NCBI GenBank assembly: GCA_964546795.1
Contig: CAZJKG010000004.1
Span: 18,994 to 82,993 of the forward strand
Source of the DNA: an uncultured Candidatus Saccharibacteria bacterium
GTDB taxonomy: Bacteria > Patescibacteriota > Minisyncoccia > Phycocordibacterales > Phycocordibacteraceae
DNA length: 64,000 bases
Direction: 5' to 3'
Both the position numbers and the translations under genes were made by a program. The notes under the pieces are model-generated. The model saw nothing but the letters and a program-made list of their open reading frames with translations. It made no database searches and was not told where the DNA came from. Shown piece after piece: positions 56,501-61,815 of this stretch. Positions within the stretch are counted from its first letter, which is position 1; each line of letters begins with the position of its first letter.

Positions 56501-58592
56501 CGGGTACGTACACTTTGCACTCCGATGGCTCGCGGCAATCCGTGGCGGAGTCGGAAGAGACGATATGACCCGGACCCTGCGGCGTCAGAGTGATGGTGCG
56601 ACTCGGGACGTTGTATACGTTGAGATCGTAGAGGTCGGAATAAAAGTATACGTCTGTATCAGACGTAGCGGCTGCAGAGGTGCGGATGTTCCCTTCGACA
56701 TGCACCTTCACTCCAGTGACCCCTTCCCACGACCCGGTGATTTCGGGAATCCATTCGCCTATTTGTTTTTGTCCTGCAGCCCTTGATTGTTCAGTTTTAT
56801 TTATTTCTTGCCACACTCCCCCGATTTTCAAGAATGTGGTGATGGTATGGGTTGCTGTAATCGGAGCGTAACCGGGAAAGGCGATGTCGCTCCTGTGTCC
56901 GTTATAGGTTGACCCTATCTGACCCACCGGAACCGATTGATGGAAATCCAGTTCAACATCATAGGTGAAGTCGCAATGTCCCAGGGCAGCTCCCTTGATG
57001 CGGCAAGCGACTCGCTGAGATGTTCCTTTATTGTCATCTTTGACGTCATTGAGCGTGCCCGTGGTTGCATGATTCGTGCCGTTCGCGCTCCCGCTGATGG
57101 TTGTCTTGGGATCGATGGTGTAGTTGTGCGGTATGGTGGATCCTTTTGAAAATACGTCTCGTACCATGCTCACATCCAAGAAGTTCGCTTCAACCGACTT
57201 GCTCGCCTCCATGCTGACCGTGCAGGTGGTCGCGGTGCCGGAGCAGGCGCCGGACCAGTTCTGAAATTGAAATCCTCGATAGGGTTTTGCCGTAAGTGTG
57301 ACGGTGGCGGTTTTTTGATACTCCCAGCTGCATCTGGGTCCATACTCACCGGTACAAGAGTAATCGGGACCGGAAATAGATCCTGCACTTCGTATATTCA
57401 TCGAAACCAGCAGCACGGAAAGGCTTGTAAAGGTTGGTTGCAGGCCGATGTCATAGAGAGGTGAGGCCGTGACCGTGCAAGTTGGCAGGTAAACGTCCGA
57501 GCATCCCCAAAATCTCCAAAAAGATGTCCCCGGTTTCGGCGTTGCAGTGAGGGTTACTGACGTACCGGAAGGGAAATTAAAGGTGCACGTTGGCGGGCAG
57601 TTGATGCCCGCGGGAGAGGATGTAACGGTTTCTAATGAATTTTCACCGATTCCTCCTATATTTACGCGTCCGACATTATCAACAAACCAGGGATCGGCTC
57701 TAACGTCATACGATGCGGAAGTGAACGTGCAGGGCTTTGCCGCTCCGACACATCCAGGGTCGGGCCCTCGCCAATCGCGAAGGGTCTTGCCATCGTCCGG
57801 AATCGCCGTGAAGGTGATCGTCTCTCCGACGGGTACGTACACTTTGCACTCCGATGGCTCGCGGCAATCCGTGGCGGAGTCGGAAGAGACGATATGACCC
57901 GGACCCTGCGGCGTCAGAGTGATGGTGCGACTCGGGACGTTGTATACGTTGAGATCGTAGAGGTCGGAATAAAAGTATACGTCTGTATCAGACGTAGCGG
58001 CTGCAGAGGTGCGGATGTTCCCTTCGACATGCACCTTCACTCCAGTGACCCCTTCCCACGACCCGGTGATTTCGGGAATCCATTCGCCTATTTGTTTTTG
58101 TCCTGCAGCCCTTGATTGTTCAGTTTTATTTATTTCTTGCCACACTCCCCCGATTTTCAAGAATGTGGTGATGGTATGGGTTGCTGTAATCGGAGCGTAA
58201 CCGGGAAAGGCGATGTCGCTCCTGTGTCCGTTATAGGTTGACCCTATCTGACCCACCGGAACCGATTGATGGAAATCCAGTTCAACATCATAGGTGAAGT
58301 CGCAATGTCCCAGGGCAGCTCCCTTGATGCGGCAAGCGACTCGCTGAGATGTTCCTTTATTGTCATCTTTGACGTCATTGAGCGTGCCCGTGGTTGCATG
58401 ATTCGTGCCGTTCGCGCTCCCGCTGATGGTTGTCTTGGGATCGATGGTGTGATTGACTACGGTTGCCGCTCGAACGGCATGAGGAAGCAACAACACTATC
58501 GCGCTACACAATAAGAAAATAATTGTCTGGCGGATAAGGGAAACGGTCGCGAGCGCGTATGGCGACAAAGGAGCAATCGTGCTGGAGCGCAT
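44517..58592 (-). CDS. Giant (4691-aa) secreted surface protein: tandem InlB-B-repeat-like Ig domains, RHS/YD-repeat core, coiled-coil and C-terminal Ig-like domains
   Basis: Signal peptide. More than 10 copies of an ~80-aa module (G.G.V.SSP.GI.CPPTC...F..G..V.L.A.P..G..F..W.G.C) matching the divergent InlB B-repeat pattern. YD repeats (YTYRPDGQLS, YDANGKATGE, YEYADTAAF). A GGVGGVGGVGG linker. C-terminal TVTLSANQTTINQGESIILTWTSENADSC Ig-like domain. Confidence 0.85.
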   Translation of the reverse strand: MRSSTIAPLSPYALATVSLIRQTIIFLLCSAIVLLLPHAVRAATVVNHTIDPKTTISGSANGTNHATTGTLNDVKDDNKGTSQRVACRIKGAALGHCDFTYDVELDFHQSVPVGQIGSTYNGHRSDIAFPGYAPITATHTITTFLKIGGVWQEINKTEQSRAAGQKQIGEWIPEITGSWEGVTGVKVHVEGNIRTSAAATSDTDVYFYSDLYDLNVYNVPSRTITLTPQGPGHIVSSDSATDCREPSECKVYVPVGETITFTAIPDDGKTLRDWRGPDPGCVGAAKPCTFTSASYDVRADPWFVDNVGRVNIGGIGENSLETVTSSPAGINCPPTCTFNFPSGTSVTLTATPKPGTSFWRFWGCSDVYLPTCTVTASPLYDIGLQPTFTSLSVLLVSMNIRSAGSISGPDYSCTGEYGPRCSWEYQKTATVTLTAKPYRGFQFQNWSGACSGTATTCTVSMEASKSVEANFLDVSMVRDVFSKGSTIPHNYTIDPKTTISGSANGTNHATTGTLNDVKDDNKGTSQRVACRIKGAALGHCDFTYDVELDFHQSVPVGQIGSTYNGHRSDIAFPGYAPITATHTITTFLKIGGVWQEINKTEQSRAAGQKQIGEWIPEITGSWEGVTGVKVHVEGNIRTSAAATSDTDVYFYSDLYDLNVYNVPSRTITLTPQGPGHIVSSDSATDCREPSECKVYVPVGETITFTAIPDDGKTLRDWRGPDPGCVGAAKPCTLKPTLYDLTVNPWFVDNVGRISVYSSELGITTSSPSGIECPPTCTFNFPSGTSVNMTATPKSGSSLLTFYGCPDYSLSICTVTASPLYDISMQPIFTNLSVLTISQNIPNGGYVRLPSGHFCDLTRYNNKNCNFDFVKTATVTITALPHTNQFFKFKEWTGACTGTATTCTVSMESSKSVTANFVDARETFKSPFATPVLNYSVDPKTTVSGTITVSKSTEGTFADITDDKNETRHRVGCSIGGVTPTSCRFTYDAELDFHQSVPVGQIGSTYSGQYIHYGYNGSGGFKATGAVTITTSLKIGGVWREVRTIERSSSDDTMGGWVPEIIGSWEDVSGVKIHVDGQANVSAGSASGGIDIFSDIYDLNVFNAANRLVTITPTNFGSITLADSSEECRAPAVCRVRVPAGETLTLAALPDDGKVFRDWRGPDPGCVGHLNPCTLKPTLSDFTVTPWFVENVGKIRVGNLGDNAPGSVTSSPQGISCPPACEFDFPPGTSVNLTATPKPGISLLSFDGCPDASLSTCTVTTSPLYDIGLQPTFTNLSVLTISQNIPDGGYIGLSNGNGCDLTRYNNKYCHFGFAKTDSVTLTVRLTPGFQFQEWSGACTGTATTCTVSMEASKSVEANFLDMRKTLKVSLTGTGADSPEFRVYSDGRGGSIQCPHKCEDKFVPGAKVILYTTFTQPGLKLESFSSVCTQSNPYSSACLVIMDADKTVTANIAAVPTKTISVSVTGPGKVSSNGVYHGSEINCPPTCSAQYNPGEQLYLVPYPDPGESSNSIQGPCFVAPPPGQACLVKVDDNKSFSVIFGQGPKLTINVTGGGRIAYSDGKVSLTNCPSPEKPLVTTCVQRYAQNQRIMLEAPAKGGSHAEALTILGRSFSSWSGFCTGYSADCISLINQDSSVTANFDLTLTKTLNIEVQGDGHVSGPRGIDCPPTCSATFNVGTDVDLRAYNRSDTFYNWGGDCVGDESWFSRCVITLDGDKTAKAVFGSGKTLTLSMKLKPGESISGGILFQPGTLDGCSFNNGSGVEATSTCSVRFPPGTVTTATYNLGYNSQDGVSTQGRFLGWGGTCSGTTFPSCTITMDGDKTLDIYSKPIQIGEPISISVLVVGDGKVTSVPAGISCPPTCRALFPYSQYGSFTSQYLTETPLNDSVFLGWEASDYACYRTGWNAAQNKPGLWQYPNFSCVFSFSKDRFVKAKFGKTKLSVTLDGVGRVVSTPAGIDCPNVSCTAEFGNIGAVSLDAVETKGAFLGWSQPCLSALGPCKFPSAGSEFKVLASFSDKTYQASAPNRVLDPASTITGSQQFTGPAWSMPTDPVFSERYRNFSRVKDGIQGNQVGNYGLCLLLPSSPCSFTYEATVNFNKSVSLKSIKAIAPTEGMFFLSSPNYIANANFTITLSVFQSGAWKDVATYESPMRNNPIARQATDTKKQLEAVGSWEGVTQMRVRATGSGSLTTERFPDAKDEFNSSIVFALDELEAWGDTVSTLSLDAGSVVYLGSSGRIISDPLGMNCSWQGGGVGSVGGVGGVGGIRSDAPVCSTTFTTDNDVTLIMLPGSGYSDTVIWSWADIQDNSNYRYSTPSPCAEDAEQKTAHKKCTVKVSKNLQLAFDIGGAGSQPSDFSVVVNGSGHVTGKGINCPPVCSTPSFSKPSIVMVYPDAGGAFNGPNNGEYYCYGNRCGSLSGNRPVFNFTLRPSISIEGLTTEQGRVKSSPSGIDCPGTCSAVFPVGSLVTLTPVAEKGNSFIGWNGSECYPSTDLCTLKMDRSYLFRPLFASGVSELRVSVRGSGSVISNPSGITCSSGTCKGLFADDQLVTLASYANNRGRFIGWTGDCRGVGSCTVKVTRNRIPSVTAAFADVPADAPVIDITTPLRELVPSIELLPTPALTAPTEPAISAAPASKTFIRLDGTVAFINTYASNNISTSSLLSTTIFAPDGTTKTGEVFYGEQGSPEKEFNYGLDGVTKKDIRLYYPSGTIRKEIMRRGDRERYNRYDEQGKLQYSHVFNVQTNAYEWSKNYTYRPDGQLSDDLLYYDANRYEKHLYSYGADGTLASVRTYTQTPEPKYSFTETAYDANGKATGENTIISETQSPSTLLSSSKTKITNGQLSEKTLIDYVNGTYDSETVGLSLRNRQGAVRTYSLEDNELVYHTVPLYAGDTPQLRSQNTFFYTPTRLRSGAERLLYSAAGDVTSKTRYTYHPSGYLKTAEIDKYQTDGSLLSRGVYEYADTAAFTVLSYKGYSPAEELVSEVVFDGARASTIRYFDGEGKPWTEYRYTYSDDASTYTVSTYRIFNQESVLKRTVRYKLKGILPGQSDTAEEFTYQNPFVERDMGIKILESLGIPVSMSEQEALYQVTKNLLQSYKNRLETIGTDSAKDPQRQTAWLDATRRMVQAIYAIEYRAWGAAKSWTSDLDLETTAMAWTGQDQTGYFKGFYIMPGAVRMGSLHSAFIDMTDVASVNRMLRATSYDDMLAFERRHDIWDSTFEGPGLFIDANSSKTYHYNSTINNGRGGFFSLDEVNSYTDPSIALLLDQFEKDMTAKGVDLKAKSEIALIKEFYKYFYSLNLITYLFDTPSFDARYDNVQLPFQTLARKGGDCDDSAILVYALIRNLFLRVGNTDAANRVGTMSAFVNKAGPIVDRAGTGHASVGFKDTFGKLYFIEPLGLMKGLGATAGQITDSTDTVSPVTLGTYATGTNGIFGAYFLVQSFATPTGTQRFSIPPSINAIFPPSADPEGFVFWATPHFTLAGLQQTYGVPDFNIDYLKKLSTLNTYLEPFIEPVDKLGSNILLTQSHLASKSANDMAELVHDALYPSFVYDQNDTSDTWKSVRDTLQVNPDGTIASPIIGDSEDLAFVEASVLMNVLSKFYAAIGMPLQDALDFALTQVGLIGEKDYGGIKGNTHVDVGFITRTQNPDGDRIRLIDPKVKDVSDQLLLKAISEDKERFAFSADINGTTGIGFENWDAIRLAKKEDTSFSHFALNDILKQGENLFSPISSFAKGNTISRVAVNKLPAQNTFCSIVPRGVALNDVSDLSPAQTPGRSFSLGEGLNAVSQDCGGGLTLNPESQIFRILFPEFSGETGKDGVTRLLPLISVEDAQGKNFAVLDDVHIIPYDPNVGLLLADLKAELPQATSLRFNSAKTDTVVENVTAITENNAHAAELITIAFADANSQNVRYSVPSSILKVDGEIAANEALAAALLPTDINSIRSGEFSINLEIRLDEVQENLSNLYKESNSLKGIWLKENGLEGPRLIEIGNELNAMGRQYGRKYNLLTDDERINVSDRVGALKSEQAELRAIEFDKATEQLFSLEIVGKKSLVQDLDQRITDTEAGTAIRKAFNIPISDTRKQNLEDLKVARNVAANELVDLEFNWLLERGLVTPEMMEERQNISLKSELGLAPTQEVPHELEVRVSEINAVESAPSLEKLDVLSEQLPPLTAEAARELSDRTQANFPMLVDSVKIEDRTSLNIAQLAIRRFMLEADKALTAFNFNMVLEKIVDVMGPNDPNFPEFLQARIGQLSHDLGVIDAQIQAIDRNFVGAVAFHSSTIWNPPQGIERSELGLFSSTIVKLKSVTNFFCGCLESDHNKAIRFGAEATGLAINSVVDQTTISLNLQRGASLVGLALPGYVTGTVAAAFIGYVSGDQQLDYLGPAPIVDTTEPSSLQYAPPYSFIQDIPNIPSTAPIVTVTDQCFNLCNIVKPSGAVTMKPANSSFVGQQFCSSSPAGSCNDTTYYLGWTCNPGFIQSADNTSCESIIPPPSVLPTVTLSANQTTINQGESIILTWTSENADSCLASGSWSGAKTANGTFTETISNLQETATYTLTCSNQTGTVDDAVTVSVIESNYLLRSEGLFEVSRSGGTTSVVPKDVRVWGIAQGGFATTIVLSTELVPAVEGVTVTLEKDSFSPEEYAVGTVPVLHFAAGATLDPATTYVVRVTGLAAGITRSVDVPLTVKVLSGPPKFREISH
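56380..58480. repeat. Near-identical intragenic tandem duplication (~770 bp identical, period 1329 bp) inside the giant gene
   Basis: The six-frame track shows identical translated segments offset by exactly 1329 nt (e.g. 56386-56568 versus 57715-57897; 56565-56786 versus 57894-58115). The protein shows two identical ~260-aa modules and then a third, diverged copy. Confidence 0.85.
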
Positions 58593-58705
58593 ATATGCCC
58601 TATATAATAGAGCATGTGCTTACTGCAAATAGCACTTATCCCCTTCTTACGCTCAATGTAGAACCGAGGTCGGTTATACTGGTCTCTATAATTACACATT
58701 CAAAT

Positions 58706-59113
58706 ATGTACAATATAAATAAATGGATTATCGTGGTTGTTGTTCTAATCATTGTCGGGGTTCTCGTAAACAAGTACGCTCCGGTGCCCGGAAGCACCAA
58801 TGAGAGCCAGACACTCTCGCAAAGCGCATTTCCTCCGCAAATAATCGAGATGACGAAAGACGGATTTAAGCCGGATAATATAGTGATTCCGGTGGGAACT
58901 GTCGTTCGGTTCGTCAATAGTGACACTTCCCCTCACTGGCCTGCCTCAGGAGTACACCCCACCCATGAGCTATGTCCTGGGTTCGACGCATTCCATCCGA
59001 TAATACAAGGCGAGTTCTACGAATTCACATTCAGGGAGGCAAAAATTTGTCCAGTGCATGATCACTTGAATCCCTCATTCACAGGGACGATAACGGTAGG
59101 AAATTTCCAGTAG
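58706..59113 (+). CDS. Membrane-anchored cupredoxin-like domain protein (paralog of 6280..6771)
   Basis: Start set at the internal Met preceding the TM (MYNINKWIIVVVVLIIVGVLV). VRFVNSDTSPHWPASGVHPTH and CPVHDHLNPSFTGTITV align with the 6280 paralog. Confidence 0.5.
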   Translation: MYNINKWIIVVVVLIIVGVLVNKYAPVPGSTNESQTLSQSAFPPQIIEMTKDGFKPDNIVIPVGTVVRFVNSDTSPHWPASGVHPTHELCPGFDAFHPIIQGEFYEFTFREAKICPVHDHLNPSFTGTITVGNFQ

Positions 59114-59223
59114 ACAGCCGAGGGTGAAGTTAAGACAAACAGAAGACCGTCCCGCTTAACAGCGGGACGGTCTTCTGTTTGCTATCCCGGCTTTGACCCA
59201 AAATGTCATTAAAAAGACAAAGT

Positions 59224-59472
59224 TTACTCAGTATAGAAATACTGCCGCAAATCATCTTCTGGCACGTATCGCGCGGCCTGTCGAAAAATGCCGACTACGG
59301 CACCAGTTTTTAATTCTTTATGTTTCGAAATGAGTAATACTTGTTTGTCGTATTGTCCGAAACGGACAAGCTTCACATGACTCCCTCGCTGGCTCTCGAT
59401 TGCAAAACCAAACTGTTTCAATATCTGAACGATATCCGATCCCGAAAGTCGCCTCGGTTTAGGCATGCGCAA
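59224..59472 (-). CDS. hicA: HicA-family toxin
   Basis: RRLSGSDIVQILKQFGFAIESQRGSHVKLVR...LLISKHKELKTGAVVGIFRQAA fits the HicA pattern. Confidence 0.7.
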   Translation of the reverse strand: MRMPKPRRLSGSDIVQILKQFGFAIESQRGSHVKLVRFGQYDKQVLLISKHKELKTGAVVGIFRQAARYVPEDDLRQYFYTE

Positions 59473-59689
59473 GAGTAGGAAGTTCGAAATTTACTAGTAC
59501 TGATGGATCGGTCGCGAAGCCGAGTTTGGACAGATCTTCGTCTTCTACAAACAATCCGACTGCTTCCCGAATATTTTCGGTAAGTTCATCAAGGGTATCC
59601 CCCTGTGTGACAATGGGTACGTTCACACCCTCCGCGACATATCCCCCATCGCTTTCTGTAATCTGAAATTGAATAATATTCCTTTTCAT
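59459..59689 (-). CDS. hicB: HicB-family antitoxin (UPF0150)
   Basis: FQITESDGGYVAEGVNVPIVTQGDTLDELTENIREAVGLFVED. Overlaps the downstream hicA. Confidence 0.7.
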   Translation of the reverse strand: MKRNIIQFQITESDGGYVAEGVNVPIVTQGDTLDELTENIREAVGLFVEDEDLSKLGFATDPSVLVNFELPTLAHA

Positions 59690-59792
59690 AACGACGAGTA
59701 TAACATATTCAGAGTCAAAAACTACACTTCCTCACCTTGTTGTCTGTGTCGGAGGGTTGAGAGGCATGAAATTTGCTATGTAGATGGATGTT

Positions 59793-60188
59793 TTATTCGC
59801 TTGTGACGCCGTCGAAAGGCGCATCGTTCGCCATTGCATCGGCTTTGGTCTTGTGGATGAGACCATCTTTATGATCGGGCGGTGCATAGAGCGTATAGAG
59901 CTTCATCGCCTCGGTAGTGGAGGTATTGATAATGTTGTGGCGCGTACCCTCTGGCACGATGATGACTGAACCGTCTTTAATCGTGTGTTCAACGCCGTTG
60001 AGAACCGCCTTTCCTGTACCCTTTTCAATACGGATGAACTGATCAAGCTGATGCACCTCTTCCCCGATGTCTTCCAAGGGCTTCAGGCACATGACGACCA
60101 GCTGCAAATGTGTATCGGTATACAGCACCTCGCGGAAATAATCGTTGGCGATGGAGCGTTCTTCTATGTTGGTTATATATCCTTTCAT
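59793..60188 (-). CDS. Cupin-domain protein
   Basis: Cupin motif pair (LKPLEDIGEEVHQLDQFIRIEKG ... VIIVPEGTRHNIIN). Confidence 0.7.
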   Translation of the reverse strand: MKGYITNIEERSIANDYFREVLYTDTHLQLVVMCLKPLEDIGEEVHQLDQFIRIEKGTGKAVLNGVEHTIKDGSVIIVPEGTRHNIINTSTTEAMKLYTLYAPPDHKDGLIHKTKADAMANDAPFDGVTSE

Positions 60189-60227
60189 ATCTCGGATTGT
60201 AGCACCTGCAAAACAAATTGTACTTCG

Positions 60228-60476
60228 TCAATTGCGGGTTTTGAAGAGTTTCTTTAGCTCACTACGTCCGCTTCCGCTTTTCCACCATAATTCTCGCGCT
60301 TTAGCTTCTTTCATAGTTGGGAACTCTTCGAGATGAAATATTTTAAGCGGACGACGATGCTTCGTCGCTGTGACTTGCCCAGCATTGTGTTGAGTTAGTC
60401 GCCGCTCGACATTATCGGAGAAACCAACGTAGGTACGTTTATCTTGGTCGCTCATCAAAATGTAAACGAAGTACAT
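60228..60476 (-). CDS. GIY-YIG nuclease family protein (paralog 3)
   Basis: MYFVYILMSDQDKRTYVGFSDNVERRLTQHN. Lies about 150 bp downstream of the intron-containing tRNA-fMet. Confidence 0.8.
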   Translation of the reverse strand: MYFVYILMSDQDKRTYVGFSDNVERRLTQHNAGQVTATKHRRPLKIFHLEEFPTMKEAKARELWWKSGSGRSELKKLFKTRN

Positions 60477-60627
60477 ATATTAACTCTAGCGTATTTTATT
60501 GCGACCACTTAAAGCGAGTTTCGCAACAAGCAAATGAGAAAGCCGCCTTTCGGCGGCCTCTCATTATTGAATCTTCATTGCGGGTCGCCTGTGGCGAACC
60601 TCGCAACAAATTTTCTCTGAAAATTTG

Positions 60628-60950
60628 TTGCGGGGGCCGGAATTGAACCGGCGTCTGGAGGTTATGCTTACCACTACAATTTTCATTGCCCTATGGTTTG
60701 TGGTCTGGACTATGCCTTCACCCCTTATCACTTTCAGTAAGAAAGTGGTAAAGGGTATCTACCGTCTAGTCTCTACACCTTCTCCTTGTCGCTTTCATCA
60801 CTGAAAGTGGTGAAAGTGACAAGGAGCTTGGCTCGGTGTTGCCTTTCGCATTGCGAGAGGGGTTCGCCGAATTTGGCAGATAATCTTATGCGCAATTACT
60901 CACGCACACGCCCGTGAAAGCCTCCCGAGGTACCTCTCCTCTACCCCGCG
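60628..60950 (-). tRNA. Initiator-like tRNA-Met (CAU) interrupted by a 252-nt intron in the anticodon loop
   Basis: Exon 1 is 60919-60950: CGCGGGG-U-A-GAGG-AGAGGUA-CCUC-G-GGAGG-CU. Exon 2 is 60628-60666: CAUAA-CCUCC-AGAC-GCCGG-UUCAAUU-CCGGC-CCCCGCA-A. The joined loop CUCAUAA is the canonical Met loop. C1xA72 is unpaired, a bacterial initiator hallmark, while pairs 2-7 are perfect. Confidence 0.65.
60667..60918 (-). other. Group-I-like intron in tRNA-fMet, inserted between positions 33 and 34
   Basis: 5' exon ends in U33. Intron begins UUCACGGGCG and ends ...GUGGUAAG with a terminal G. Size (252 nt) is typical of bacterial tRNA group I introns. No ORF inside. Fold not verified. Confidence 0.5.
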
Positions 60951-61047
60951 AATGCAAGTATACACGCAAAAATATGCTCGGCAATACTATTTATAGAACC
61001 TGTGTATATCACAATAATATTCATATATAAGTGGTACCATATATACA

Positions 61048-61815
61048 ATGAAAATAATTGCGCGAGCGAAAGCAGAACTGTTAAGACATCAAGGAAAAAG
61101 TATCAAAGAAATTGCTCGTTTAGTTGACGTCAGTCAAGGTACCGCAAGTCGTTGGTGCTCTGGTATCAATCTTTCCCCAGAACAGCATCGCGAGCTTGAA
61201 AAGAAGCGGCGAGAAGCGGGTGCAAAAGCGCTTGCTCCTTGGATACGTAGGAATCGTGAATTGAAACAAAACGATATTAAGAAACAAAAACAGCAAGGTC
61301 GCCAAGATCTTGGTCGGATGACAAAAAAGGATTTATTTATACTTGGTCTTGGTCTTTACTGGGGAGAGGGATATAAACGCGGTAGTCAAGAATGGGGATT
61401 TACGAATTCGGACCCTGGAATGATAGGAGTCATTCTTGTATGGCTTCTCAAATATTATGACGTACCAATTGAACGCATCATCGCCCGACTCACGATAAAT
61501 CAACTTTATAAGAATCAAACTGAGCGTCTTATGAGCGCATGGGCATGCGAAACGGGTATCCCTCTTTCTCAATTCGGAAAACCAACTTTCATAAGCGGCT
61601 ACAACAATTCTAAATTGGATGAACGCACCTATCGAGGTACTCTCCGCATTAAAGTACATCGGGGAACATCACTTCGACGACGTATATTGTCGAGCATCGC
61701 CGAAATACAGAATCAAATCACTTTTAACTCGCGAAAGACGGATTCGAAGCGCGCGATAGTGCGGCGCGCAAGCGATTCTGAAAGATTGAAAGCAGAACCC
61801 TCGTGCGCTATCTGA
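61048..61815 (+). CDS. LAGLIDADG-type homing-endonuclease-like protein with N-terminal HTH (paralog of 36843..37439)
   Basis: N-terminal HTH (KSIKEIARLVDVSQGTASRWC); LFILGLGLYWGEGYK is a LAGLIDADG-motif variant. Free-standing, about 100 bp from the intron-containing tRNA-fMet. Confidence 0.6.
   Translation: MKIIARAKAELLRHQGKSIKEIARLVDVSQGTASRWCSGINLSPEQHRELEKKRREAGAKALAPWIRRNRELKQNDIKKQKQQGRQDLGRMTKKDLFILGLGLYWGEGYKRGSQEWGFTNSDPGMIGVILVWLLKYYDVPIERIIARLTINQLYKNQTERLMSAWACETGIPLSQFGKPTFISGYNNSKLDERTYRGTLRIKVHRGTSLRRRILSSIAEIQNQITFNSRKTDSKRAIVRRASDSERLKAEPSCAI

Noticed and set aside
60596-60960. Second tmRNA (a long structured RNA with T-arm and acceptor-like ends)
   Set aside because: A complete D arm and anticodon stem-loop are present, split by the insert, and an intact tmRNA already exists next to smpB. 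Interpreted as an intron-containing tRNA instead.
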